Shown: positions 46,276 to 55,382 of the stretch, one piece after another
How positions within the stretch are numbered: the first letter of the stretch is position 1
Layout: every line of letters starts with the position of its first letter
Source of the DNA: Puniceicoccales bacterium
GTDB taxonomy: Bacteria; Verrucomicrobiota; Verrucomicrobiia; Opitutales; JAIRLG01
Direction: 5' to 3'
NCBI GenBank assembly: GCA_031255915.1
Contig: JAIRRP010000052.1
Coordinates: 2,062 to 66,061, forward strand
DNA: 64,000 nt
The notes under the pieces: generated by a model
The model's database searches: none
The model's input: only the letters and a program-made list of their open reading frames with translations
What the model was told of the DNA's origin: nothing
Made by a program: the position numbers and the translations under genes

Positions 46276-47322
46276 ATGCAAGCATCCTTCCAAAACGTCG
46301 CCATTCAGGCATTAGCGCATGTTCTTCCTTCGGAAATATGGACATCCGAAGCCATCGAGGAAGAATTGCGTGAGACCTACCAACGGCTTCATCTCTCTCA
46401 GGGCAGGCTGGAGCTCATGACGGGTATCCGTGAGCGTCGGTTGTGGGGCCCCGGGACGCTCGCTTCGCGAGCAGCGGCTTTAGCCGCACAAGCCCTCTTC
46501 GAGGGCTGTCCCGGGGCCCCCGCAGAAACGGTCGACCTGTTGATCCATAGCTCCGTCTGCCGGGATCGTCTGGAACCCGCTACCGCTTCCTACGTCCATC
46601 ATCTCCTGTCCCTGCCGACCCATACCCAGGTCTTCGACGTCTCCAATGCCTGTCTCGGATTCCTGAATGCCATGTGGATAGCGGCCAGTCAAATCGAATC
46701 CGGCATGATCCGATCGGCCCTCATCGTCGCGGGAGAAAATAGCCGACCTCTTCTGGAATCCACTCTTCAGGCCCTGCGGGATACCTCCCTTGACCGCCAA
46801 CGCCTCAAGCCCTATTTCGCCAATTTCACCATTGGTTCCGGCTCCGTCGCCATGCTCCTTACCCATCGTCCTATCGCACCTCATGCCCCGCGCTTTATCG
46901 GGGGCTCGATCATGGCCCATACCCACGCTTGCCACCTCTGCGAAGGAGGCATAAGCGATGGCATGTGGCATATGCAGACGGACTCTGAGGCACTGCTCCG
47001 AGCGGGTATTGCCCTCGCGCACGACAATTGGCGGCAATTTCTTCGACAGACGCGTTGGGATACCTCCCAGATACAGCATTTCATCTGCCATCAGGTCGGG
47101 AGACGTCATCAGTCGCAATTTTACGATGCCCTCGGATTGGAGGTGCAGAAAGATTTTTCCACATTTCCCTTCCTGGGCAATACGGGCTCCGTCGCCTTAC
47201 CCATTACCCTTTCCATCGCGCAAGAGCAACGGCGCTTCCAACCGGGTGATCGCGTAGCGCTTCTGGGTATCGGCAGTGGACTTCACTCCATGATACTAGG
47301 TGTGGAATTTCCAGAGGAATAA
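46276..47322 (+). CDS. KAS III (FabH)-family condensing enzyme
   Basis: Cys-His-Asn triad contexts DVSNACLGF, FICHQVGRRH and LGNTGSVALP. 348 aa with GGGGG upstream of the ATG. Confidence 0.75.
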   Translation: MQASFQNVAIQALAHVLPSEIWTSEAIEEELRETYQRLHLSQGRLELMTGIRERRLWGPGTLASRAAALAAQALFEGCPGAPAETVDLLIHSSVCRDRLEPATASYVHHLLSLPTHTQVFDVSNACLGFLNAMWIAASQIESGMIRSALIVAGENSRPLLESTLQALRDTSLDRQRLKPYFANFTIGSGSVAMLLTHRPIAPHAPRFIGGSIMAHTHACHLCEGGISDGMWHMQTDSEALLRAGIALAHDNWRQFLRQTRWDTSQIQHFICHQVGRRHQSQFYDALGLEVQKDFSTFPFLGNTGSVALPITLSIAQEQRRFQPGDRVALLGIGSGLHSMILGVEFPEE

Positions 47323-47499
47323 GTTCTTGAGGGATTCAACGCGTCCCATTGTTTTTGAACCAAGGCTGTGGAAATCCATGCCTATCGCCCGAGTGAAAAT
47401 TCGTGCCCTTCGGTACCGAAAGATACCTGGAGGGCTTTCTGTTTTCCGGGAATACCGATGAGACGATCCCAAGGATGCCTTTCCTTCTGTCCCCTCGCG

Positions 47500-47580
47500 C
47501 CCCGGGATGTTCGCTTTGCGAACGAGCGGCTACGCCGCTCAAGCCCTCTTCGAGGGCTATCCCGGGGCGCGACCGAAACC
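47500..47580 (+). pseudogene. ~80-bp relic of a KAS III-like gene
   Basis: ccccgggatgttcgctttgcgaacgagcggctacgccgctcaagccctcttcgagggctatcccggggc parallels 46450..46530 of the intact gene (AAQALFEGYPGA vs AAQALFEGCPGA). Confidence 0.6.
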
Positions 47581-47695
47581 ACAAAGCGATACGGTTCCGA
47601 CGTCCCGCGAACAGAAAGCATCTTACACCCATAAAGGCACCCATGCCCGCAACCATCAACAAAGAACCGACCCATTTTCGAAGAACGACCTTTTC

Positions 47696-47772
<77 letters not shown>

Positions 47773-47794
47773 AAATCGCACCACGCGAAGCATA

Positions 47795-47880
47795 TGGTGC
47801 CCAGGGCGGGACTCGAACCCGCACGTCCTTACAGACAAAGGATTTTAAGTCCTCAGCGTCTACCATTCCGCCACCAGGGC
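47795..47880 (-). tRNA. tRNA-Leu (anticodon UAA), long variable arm
   Basis: The reverse complement reads GCCCTGGTGGCGGAATGGTAGACGCTGAGGACTTAAAATCCTTTGTCTGTAAGGACGTGCGGGTTCGAGTCCCGCCCTGGGCACCA, with anticodon loop CTTAAAA. Confidence 0.9.
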
Positions 47881-47963
47881 GATAACCACGCGGGCCCATG
47901 CTGTTCTTTTCTCTCTGCTGGCAAGATTTTTTCAAACATTATCCCTGCGTTTAACTAGAAAAC

Positions 47964-47993
47964 ATCCTCGGAAATTTTCCGAGGATATTTTTT
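47964..47993. terminator. hairpin terminator downstream of the 779-aa gene (bidirectional appearance)
   Basis: Stem atcctcgg/ccgaggat with loop aaatttt, followed by T-runs on both strands (atttttt on plus, gttttct on minus). Confidence 0.5.
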
Positions 47994-48036
47994 GACATTC
48001 CACAGCAGCACTCTGCTTGGAAATATTATACCCCCC

Positions 48037-50376
48037 TTACTGAGTAACTCTGTCTGGACTTACAACCTCACTCCAGGTTTCCCGGAATGCTTCTCCGAGC
48101 AGAGGAGTTATTCCTCGATCTTGATTTTGGGCCTGACCCTGATTACATAGGGCATCATTCCACACCCACCAATCGATATCTAACATCTCCAACTGGGTAT
48201 CTATCTCTATCTGCTGCTCTTCCGTTAAATTCCGATTTTGTCTTTTTTCTAATAAATGGTTCATCGCCGCCACCTTCAGCTCCCGCAACTTCGCATAAGC
48301 CTCCCCCTCCTTATAAGTCCCCCACTCAGCAAGATCCTCTCCCTCAGCAGAAAACCATTGCCAATTAAAAAGATCACTCTTTTCTGCCATATCAACATAT
48401 TGACAGGTAAAATGGTCTTTGCAATTCCAACCGACGATTTCCTCTGTATAAGTATTATCTACACTATTATGTACAATATCATATACAGGGTTAGACTCAT
48501 CATACGGAATTATATAAGGAATTTCACCCTGCACACGCCAGAACCTGAAATTTGGATTACCAAACTTATGATAATTCGGTTCATAAGTATAATAAATTTT
48601 ATCGAAATACGCATGGTTTAGGATTGTCAAAAATGCTCTGTAATGATCATTTTTCTGAATATCAGGATAAACTTTAGCTAAATACCTCAGCTCTAGGAGA
48701 CGAGTACCGGCTAAATTTAGACAAGACGAGGGCAGAGGTTGTTGCGGTGAATTTTCCTCTCCGGAGAATTCCATACCGAAGGTTTCATCACCCTCCAATT
48801 TTCTTTGAAGCACGACAAAATGCATCTCCACTCCCTGCGGATGTATCAAAAAGAAGCAAACGCTTTGCGGAGACCCATCCTTCAAGCGATCCAGCAAATC
48901 CGGCGTTAAGGCATACCACTCACAGGCATCTTTTGCCTCTTGAAGATTATTCAGACTATTTTCAGGAACCACATTCCTCAATAGAGGGACACCTATTCCG
49001 GATATAGCCGGAAAGTTTCGGCATAAAAGACCAGCCTTCTGGTCATAATATCGGTTCCAGCCATCGGGTGTAGCCAAAATGACCGCCACGGGGATCTGCT
49101 GCCCAATAGGAGCCGATAGAGGCAACGAAAGCCCTTGTATGCTATTGTCGTCGTATTTCAATATGAAAAACTGGAGCGTTATCCGCGATAATGGCAGCCC
49201 AAGACGATTCGCTAAAACTGAACAGTCCCATCCTCCAAGAGACGAGGGATCTGGCAAAATGTCTAACACATTTTTACCCGTAAAAAACCTGTTCCGCATG
49301 CCAGGAAGTTCATTCCAAAAGACCCTCTCCCTGGCTAGTTCTTCACGAAATCTCTCTAAACTGATGCCAGCCACATGAAGAGACATCGTTGTGTTGTTAA
49401 AATCTTTAAAAGATGGATTTTTTCCAAAAGTCTCTTGCATTTTTATTTCCGCCTTTCCCAGTGAATTCCAACCATTTCCTAGTTTTCCATACAACGAGAG
49501 CATCGTGCAATTTTTCACCAAAGGATGTTCCGGAACTGGCGCCGGCTGTGTCACTACTGGTCGTGGCTGATTTACCGGTTGTGATGGCGGCAAATTTGGG
49601 AGGCTCACAGGTGGCTGTGATGTCGGTTGTTGCGCCACTGGTGAAGATATAGGAATTATCCTACCGTCGAGCGCTTGCCGGTAATTTGCAGGCACTACAC
49701 TACTTATTTGATTCGAAAGATTTCCCTGTTTTCCACGCATAAAAATGTACTTTATCTGACCTAAAACGACATAGACCTGCATAAAAAATTGTTCATTCTC
49801 ACGATGTGAGACAATAAATGGCTTCTCTGTGGAAATATTATTGATTAAAATATTAAAATCTTGCTCTCCATTCCCCGTGATTTTGTGTTGGCCCTGCGTT
49901 ACTGAGGAGTCATAAAACACCCAAGTTTCGCTGCTGTTAGAACTTTCTGTAACGCTCAATTTAAAGTTCAATGTACGGGTTGGTTGGGTTCGGGTATCTC
50001 CTGATCCTAAATAGAGCATCCTATAGACCACCGACACATTTTGAAGAGGGTAATTGCTCTTCACCGTCTGACGCGCTCTAGCTATCTGTGGCAAGATTTC
50101 CTTTTTATTTATTTTTTCCAATATGCCCTGCATAATATTTCCAGCTTGATACTGAGAACTTTCATTGAATATCGCACCATAGTCTGGAAATTGCATCCAT
50201 AATTTATTATTGTCGTAGTCACCAATTCCGTCATCGCGGGTATTTTCATCGTAAGGCACCCACTGATTACCTTGCTTTATGGACACCGTCACCTTGCCCG
50301 CCGACATCGAGGAAACTCCCATCACACAACAGACGCCCGCAAGCGCCCACAAACGAATATATTTTTGTAATAACAT
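48037..50376 (-). CDS. large secreted hypothetical protein (779 aa)
   Basis: Signal peptide MLLQKYIRLWALAGVCCVMGVSSMSAGK and a central Pro/Gln tract AQQPTSQPPVSLPNLPPSQPVNQPRPVVTQPAPVPEHP. Visibly A+T-rich, adjacent to the tRNA pair, with no recognisable motif. Confidence 0.65.
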   Translation of the reverse strand: MLLQKYIRLWALAGVCCVMGVSSMSAGKVTVSIKQGNQWVPYDENTRDDGIGDYDNNKLWMQFPDYGAIFNESSQYQAGNIMQGILEKINKKEILPQIARARQTVKSNYPLQNVSVVYRMLYLGSGDTRTQPTRTLNFKLSVTESSNSSETWVFYDSSVTQGQHKITGNGEQDFNILINNISTEKPFIVSHRENEQFFMQVYVVLGQIKYIFMRGKQGNLSNQISSVVPANYRQALDGRIIPISSPVAQQPTSQPPVSLPNLPPSQPVNQPRPVVTQPAPVPEHPLVKNCTMLSLYGKLGNGWNSLGKAEIKMQETFGKNPSFKDFNNTTMSLHVAGISLERFREELARERVFWNELPGMRNRFFTGKNVLDILPDPSSLGGWDCSVLANRLGLPLSRITLQFFILKYDDNSIQGLSLPLSAPIGQQIPVAVILATPDGWNRYYDQKAGLLCRNFPAISGIGVPLLRNVVPENSLNNLQEAKDACEWYALTPDLLDRLKDGSPQSVCFFLIHPQGVEMHFVVLQRKLEGDETFGMEFSGEENSPQQPLPSSCLNLAGTRLLELRYLAKVYPDIQKNDHYRAFLTILNHAYFDKIYYTYEPNYHKFGNPNFRFWRVQGEIPYIIPYDESNPVYDIVHNSVDNTYTEEIVGWNCKDHFTCQYVDMAEKSDLFNWQWFSAEGEDLAEWGTYKEGEAYAKLRELKVAAMNHLLEKRQNRNLTEEQQIEIDTQLEMLDIDWWVWNDALCNQGQAQNQDRGITPLLGEAFRETWSEVVSPDRVTQ

Positions 50377-50455
50377 ATTTTTTACCCTTTCAGCTTATGT
50401 GTCGTAGCATGAAAAAGGAATAATGTCAACTTTTGTCGGAACATTAGAATCAAAT

Positions 50456-50989
50456 CTAATGCGTCATAGTAGTATTACTTATATTATCATCCTTTTTTCT
50501 CCTCTTTTCAAAAAAAACACGGACGAGCTCGTAACATTCCTCCGACATGATTCCAAAACGGACACGCGGATGGTGATTCCATGTGAGCAGTTGATGCAAC
50601 GCTAACTTTCCCCCTAAGCAGCCCATTTTTTCATCCGAAAAGCCAAACACAATCTCCCCAACGCGTGACAAAATAGCCGCGCCAGCACACATTGGACAGG
50701 GTTCCTTCGTGACGTACAGAATACTTTCGTTCAAGCGCCAGTCGCCTAAAAAACGCGAGGCCTGTGCCATTGCCAATATCTCCGCATGCGCCGTAGCTTC
50801 TTTCCGGGTCTCGGCGAGATTGTGCGCCGAGGCAATCACCTCCTGTTCGCGTACAATCACAGCCCCTATGGGTACTTCTTCCTCCTCCCAGGCAGTGATC
50901 GCTTCATTGTAGGCCATCGACATGAAAAAGAGATCATCTTTCTGCGATGGCAACGGATATTTGCGGCGAAATGGACAGGCGAATGTCAT
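50456..50989 (-). CDS. tadA: tRNA-specific adenosine deaminase
   Basis: Zinc motifs HAEILAM and PCPMCAGA. The start is uncertain (Met at 50989 chosen; the ORF is open to 51025). Confidence 0.85.
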   Translation of the reverse strand: MTFACPFRRKYPLPSQKDDLFFMSMAYNEAITAWEEEEVPIGAVIVREQEVIASAHNLAETRKEATAHAEILAMAQASRFLGDWRLNESILYVTKEPCPMCAGAAILSRVGEIVFGFSDEKMGCLGGKLALHQLLTWNHHPRVRFGIMSEECYELVRVFFEKRRKKDDNISNTTMTH

Positions 50990-51098
50990 GAGATTCCTCA
51001 TAATACGGATGCCAAGTCCCTGCAAAGCAATTTTTTTCCAAAAAATGCAAACGCCACTTTACCACGAACGGATATGGATCCTCTTGGAGGATACAGAC

Positions 51099-51473
51099 CT
51101 ACTGCCGACAGTAGCGGATTTCTATCACCCGGCGACATTCCGGCATCTGCTGCAACCGCCGCAAAATTTCATCCCGTTTCAGTATTAAAGCGTATTGTGC
51201 CACACTGTTCGCGACCGCTATAAACAGTATACTGTCGCGCACAACGCGATGAGGCTGACAATAATTCGCCAATGCAGGGCCCACGATTTCCGGCCAACGA
51301 CGCTCTATAATCTCCTCCAGACGCAATAATGCTTCCGGCAGATGTTCCTTCAACCATCGCTGCATTACATTGCCCATCGATTTTTCCGATCGCTCCACGG
51401 CGCGACTAGCATTCGGCGGTAACCCGCGCAAATTCGCAATCATATTTTCAATGCGCCGCGAAAAGTAAGGCAT
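51099..51473 (-). CDS. DUF721 (DciA-like) protein
   Basis: WPEIVGPALANYCQPHRVVRDSILFIAVANSVAQYALILKRDEILRRL fits the DUF721 pattern (W..ivG..la..t.p..l.dg.L.v.v.s..w..eL). Confidence 0.55.
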   Translation of the reverse strand: MPYFSRRIENMIANLRGLPPNASRAVERSEKSMGNVMQRWLKEHLPEALLRLEEIIERRWPEIVGPALANYCQPHRVVRDSILFIAVANSVAQYALILKRDEILRRLQQMPECRRVIEIRYCRQ

Positions 51474-51476
51474 AGG

Positions 51477-54227
51477 TTAAAAATCGTAATGCAAAACTCC
51501 ATTATGGAGATTTTCCATTGCCTCATAGAGCGAGGAAGGGAGCGGTATCTCTTCATAAATATCTGACGGCAATGGCGCCATTTTCAATGCGTGTATCGTC
51601 TTGAGACCGTATTCCCAAGCGCGCTGATAGAGGAACGATAGGGCTGCCATATTAGCGATATTCAGGTAAATGTCGAGACATTGCGATTGATCTATCCATT
51701 TCTGCCGCACCGATGCTGCCTGTAAGAGGGATTCCGTGTCCAACACAAAAGCCGTTTTAAAAATGTCCCGAATGGGTTCCGTCATCGGCAAAAGAGCGGT
51801 CAATTCCCCTCCGCAGCAACGCATCTTTTCATAGAATTCCTGTGTCCAGTACCCTGCCATTTGGAGGTGCTTGACCAGGGCATCGCTGAAAAAAGCAATT
51901 TTCTCATCGGCCGAAAAGTGTTTTGAAAAAACATGACCTGTTGCCGGTGCCACCCCGGGATAGCACGCCATGAGCCGTGCTGTGGAACGCGTTGATGACA
52001 GCGCCATGAGATAGGCATTCCGCATCCCTTCTGCCTTCATACGCCCGCGCAGCGTTTCCCATGGCAAAGACGCTCGGTGTTCCGATTCCTTTATCTCACA
52101 ACAGGATGGACAGCGATGGGATTCCCATGGAAATTTTCCCTGTGCCCAAAGGGATTGCCCAAAGCACTCATAGCGCCCCTTCTCTTGGGCTAAATCGACC
52201 GATGCCTCAATCGCATAATAGGAAAACATTTCCAGGCAATCGTCCTGAAATGCTATGGACTGAGGATCATCGAAAGCCAAGTTCTTTTGATAAAGAGCAT
52301 CCTGGAGTCCTGCGATTCCCAAGCCAAGCGGTCGATAGCGCCGCGTCAGCTTTTCACTCGTCTGGGCAGGGAAGTAATTGGCATCGAGCATCGCGTCGAG
52401 CGCGCGAACCGCCAAATGGATCGTCCGCCTCAGCCGAGGTAAATCGAGATTCCCATGCGCATCTAGATGCCGATGGAGAATAATTTCACCGGACGGACAA
52501 CCGGTGGAAGCTTCCGGTTCGGCATGTAAGAGATGTTCTGAACCCACACTGCTGCTATGGATCGTCGATTCGAGCATACGACGCTCATTACAACGGTCTT
52601 TAAAGGCGATGTGAGGGAATCCGGTTTCGTAGATTCGGGCCATAATCTTTCCCCATAACCCGGCAGCAGGAATGGTTCTACTCCAGCACTTCCCATCGCG
52701 TGCCTCCTGTTCGAACTCCCGATAACATTCCTCAAAATTCTGACCGTAAAGCGAGAGTAATTCGCGCGTCTCTTCTACGCGAAAGAGTGTCCAATGCTCA
52801 TCAGAGCGCACCCGCTTCATGAAAATATCCGGAATCCATAATTCCGTACCAAGGCCGTTGGTAGAGTTTTCCTGTGCATCGCGATGTTTGAAATCGATGA
52901 AAGCCTCGATGTCCGCATGCCATATTTCCAGAGAAGCATTGCCATAGATTTTCGATCCTTCTCCTCCCGGTCGCGCGATGGCGAGCTGATGTTGATGGAG
53001 CTCCAAAAATGGCATCACACCGCCACTTCCCTGACGCGTACCGCGAATAGGGCTACCACTTCCCCGCACAGCCGTCCAGGAACCACTTAACGCAGCTCCC
53101 CATTTCACGGCCAAAGCGTTATCGGCAATTCCCTTGATCATGATGCTCTCCAGATCATCCTGTACCTGATAGATATAGGTGGACAACATTTGCGCCCTTA
53201 CGGTCCCGGCATAGCGGAGTGCCGTTGGAGCAACACAAAAGAGTCGATCTTTAAAAAGTCTGTAGAGTTCCAAAACCCACTGCTCCCGCTGAGGAGACGC
53301 TTCTGCCAGGAAAATACCCATGGCGATCCGCATCCAAAAGAATTGCGGCAATTCCCAACAAATGCCTGTTTCCCACTCGCATAAAAGATAATTCTCCAGC
53401 AGCTTATGCATGGCAATACAATCCCATTGCCTATCAGCCGATACATCCAATGCCGCCGCTAATTTCTCTAAATCCCATGCGAGCATTTCGGGATGTAGTA
53501 GACCCGCCTCGACGGCTTCCTGGATATAACGCGGAAATGCCTCGCGATACTTCTTCTCCAAAGCTGCCGCATCTTCCTGCGCAGGATCCCAATCCAAAAT
53601 CTGTGAACAGAGAAAACTCCATTGTAACTGTGCGGAAAAAAAATTGAATCCAGGATCAACCGTCATTAAACCCCTCGCCTGGCGCAACAAATGCTCTTCC
53701 CAGTCTTTCTGAGCCATCTCCCCTTGCAGGTTATGGCACAGCCGTTGTGCGATTTGCTTAGGCGATAGCGGTAGATCCAGTTCCTGCGTTGCGAATAGAA
53801 TCCATGGTAATAAGTCTAGCTCTGTCCATAACCGACTCCGTCCATTCTTATCCCTCAAAAGGAAGATAGCTTCTTGCTGATCATTTGTTTTTTCTTCTTG
53901 GCGTTGCTTGGTCCGTTCAGAACGATATAGGATATAGGCCTCCGCAATTTTAAAATATCCACGGCGCATCAATTCTTCCTGGACGAGATCCTGTACCTGT
54001 TCGAGCGCGATGGTTCTTACTTTTAGGGTACAGACCCGCTGTGTAACCGCTTGAGCGATTTCCTGCGCCACCGGTAAAGGATTTTGATGCTGTGCGACAA
54101 AGGCCTCACCGACCGCTTTCTCGATCTTCTTACTGTCCCAACTGACTTCCTCTCCATTTCGCCTGATAAAACGCAGGGATGGCTGTATAGGGGATGATTT
54201 ACACCCATCATCTGTAAAAGGACTCAT
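51477..54227 (-). CDS. nrdA: ribonucleotide reductase large-subunit homolog with ATP-cone; catalytic residues apparently not conserved
   Basis: ATP-cone LRFIRRNGEEVSWDSKKIEKAV...AYILYRSER. R1-like blocks are RGSGSPIRGT, LEIWHADIEAFIDFK, ETGFPHIAFKDRCN and LAVRALDAMLD. The finger-loop position reads TIHSSSVGSEH instead of TI..SNLC.EI, and the tail reads GLKTIHALK instead of ..LYY. Confidence 0.8.
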   Translation of the reverse strand: MSPFTDDGCKSSPIQPSLRFIRRNGEEVSWDSKKIEKAVGEAFVAQHQNPLPVAQEIAQAVTQRVCTLKVRTIALEQVQDLVQEELMRRGYFKIAEAYILYRSERTKQRQEEKTNDQQEAIFLLRDKNGRSRLWTELDLLPWILFATQELDLPLSPKQIAQRLCHNLQGEMAQKDWEEHLLRQARGLMTVDPGFNFFSAQLQWSFLCSQILDWDPAQEDAAALEKKYREAFPRYIQEAVEAGLLHPEMLAWDLEKLAAALDVSADRQWDCIAMHKLLENYLLCEWETGICWELPQFFWMRIAMGIFLAEASPQREQWVLELYRLFKDRLFCVAPTALRYAGTVRAQMLSTYIYQVQDDLESIMIKGIADNALAVKWGAALSGSWTAVRGSGSPIRGTRQGSGGVMPFLELHQHQLAIARPGGEGSKIYGNASLEIWHADIEAFIDFKHRDAQENSTNGLGTELWIPDIFMKRVRSDEHWTLFRVEETRELLSLYGQNFEECYREFEQEARDGKCWSRTIPAAGLWGKIMARIYETGFPHIAFKDRCNERRMLESTIHSSSVGSEHLLHAEPEASTGCPSGEIILHRHLDAHGNLDLPRLRRTIHLAVRALDAMLDANYFPAQTSEKLTRRYRPLGLGIAGLQDALYQKNLAFDDPQSIAFQDDCLEMFSYYAIEASVDLAQEKGRYECFGQSLWAQGKFPWESHRCPSCCEIKESEHRASLPWETLRGRMKAEGMRNAYLMALSSTRSTARLMACYPGVAPATGHVFSKHFSADEKIAFFSDALVKHLQMAGYWTQEFYEKMRCCGGELTALLPMTEPIRDIFKTAFVLDTESLLQAASVRQKWIDQSQCLDIYLNIANMAALSFLYQRAWEYGLKTIHALKMAPLPSDIYEEIPLPSSLYEAMENLHNGVLHYDF

Positions 54228-54362
54228 GGCATATGGGCATGAATAAAAACGGATTCAGCTCAACGTTAAAATCCACGTGAATCCTTTTCTCTTCTATAGC
54301 CCGTTCATTAGCTGATGCTCGGCATTGGCATCATTACAGTGCTTTAAAATAGTCCCTGTCTC

Positions 54363-54503
54363 CTAGAGGGTGCCATCAAAAATAAAAGATTGATAAAGGA
54401 AAAAGAAGGAATGGAAAAGAGGACACACAAGAGACTTGTTTCTGCATTCCACATTCCCTCTATCTCTCTTTTTGTTGCCTGATTTTGATGACACCCTCCA
54501 GAG
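54363..54503. repeat. AT-rich palindromic MITE-like repeat, copy E
   Basis: ctagagggtgccatcaaaaataaaagattgataaaggaaaaagaaggaatggaaaagagg...cttgtttctgcattccacattccctc...ttgcctgattttgatgacaccctccagag, with ~20-bp terminal inverted repeats. Confidence 0.85.
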
Positions 54504-54539
54504 ACAGGACCTCCTTTGCGGATAAAAGCTTTGCAATTC

Positions 54540-55292
54540 CTAGATAGTTTTGTAGGTTATGTCAGGTTTGTAGCAATAGCCAAGGCTGTGTACCGTTTCT
54601 AGACAAGCCAAGGAGATGTTATGTTCCTGAAAGAGTTTGCGAATTTTCATAATATACTGATCCAAAGATCGGCTCTTAGGATTTATGAATTTCCCCCACA
54701 AATCGTTCATAATTCTTTCACGCCTCAACATTTGGTGAGGATTCTGCGACATATAGAACAGGATATTGAGCTCTTTCTTCCCCACGCGTATAGCTCCTGA
54801 TGGGAAACAGATTTCCATAGTCGCCGGTAATACCTTGACTCCACAGAAGTAAAACTCCTTCTCCGAGGCAGGTATAATGCTATTCATTCGCCCCCCCTGG
54901 GGAATTGATGTCCGTCTAAGGACAGCGTTTACGCGAGAGAGCATCTCGGCAAAACCAAACGGCTTGATCAAATAATCATCACCTCCCATGTCGAGGCTGC
55001 GAATTTTAGTCCTTTCATCGGTCTCGCCAGTCACGAAAATCGTCGGAAGAGCGAACCCTTTCTGCTGTAGCCATTGGAACAATAACAATCCATTGCCGTC
55101 GGGAAGGTTCAGATCGAGCAGTAATAGGTGGACGCTACTGCCAGGACGACGCTGAAAAAAATCCAATGCATCTTGATAAAGATGGAAGATGATAGCACTC
55201 ATATCAATGAATTCCAATTGCCGTTTTATGGCTTGTGCCAACGCCTCATCATCTTCTACAACGACAATCCTCAACTTTTCCGCTAAGGCCAT
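54540..55292 (-). CDS. OmpR/PhoB-family response regulator (no adjacent histidine kinase)
   Basis: REC domain with LRIVVVEDDE, LLLLDLNLPDGNG (acceptor Asp context) and DDYLIKPF. Winged-helix C-terminus with LDQYIMKIRKLF and TVHSLGYCY. Confidence 0.85.
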   Translation of the reverse strand: MALAEKLRIVVVEDDEALAQAIKRQLEFIDMSAIIFHLYQDALDFFQRRPGSSVHLLLLDLNLPDGNGLLLFQWLQQKGFALPTIFVTGETDERTKIRSLDMGGDDYLIKPFGFAEMLSRVNAVLRRTSIPQGGRMNSIIPASEKEFYFCGVKVLPATMEICFPSGAIRVGKKELNILFYMSQNPHQMLRRERIMNDLWGKFINPKSRSLDQYIMKIRKLFQEHNISLACLETVHSLGYCYKPDITYKTI

Positions 55293-55352
55293 AAAGAGAA
55301 AGGGGAAAAATGTAATATATAACAGTGGCTTTAGGAAACTTTTACGATGTAA

Positions 55353-55382
55353 AATGTATAAATATTAAAATTTATGTATAAA
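55353..55382. promoter_or_regulatory. direct repeat ATGTATAAAT x2 (20-bp register) upstream of the response regulator
   Basis: ATGTATAAAT occurs at 55353..55362 and 55373..55382, in the 92-bp A+T-rich gap between the HAD gene stop and the regulator start. Confidence 0.3.

Noticed and set aside
47331-47345. gggattcaacgcg, just after the KAS III stop, as a distal repeat of the tRNA-Pro 3' end (ggattcgaacc) that would delimit an island.
   Set aside because: The match is only about 9 of 10 nt with an indel. That is too short and imperfect to distinguish from chance.
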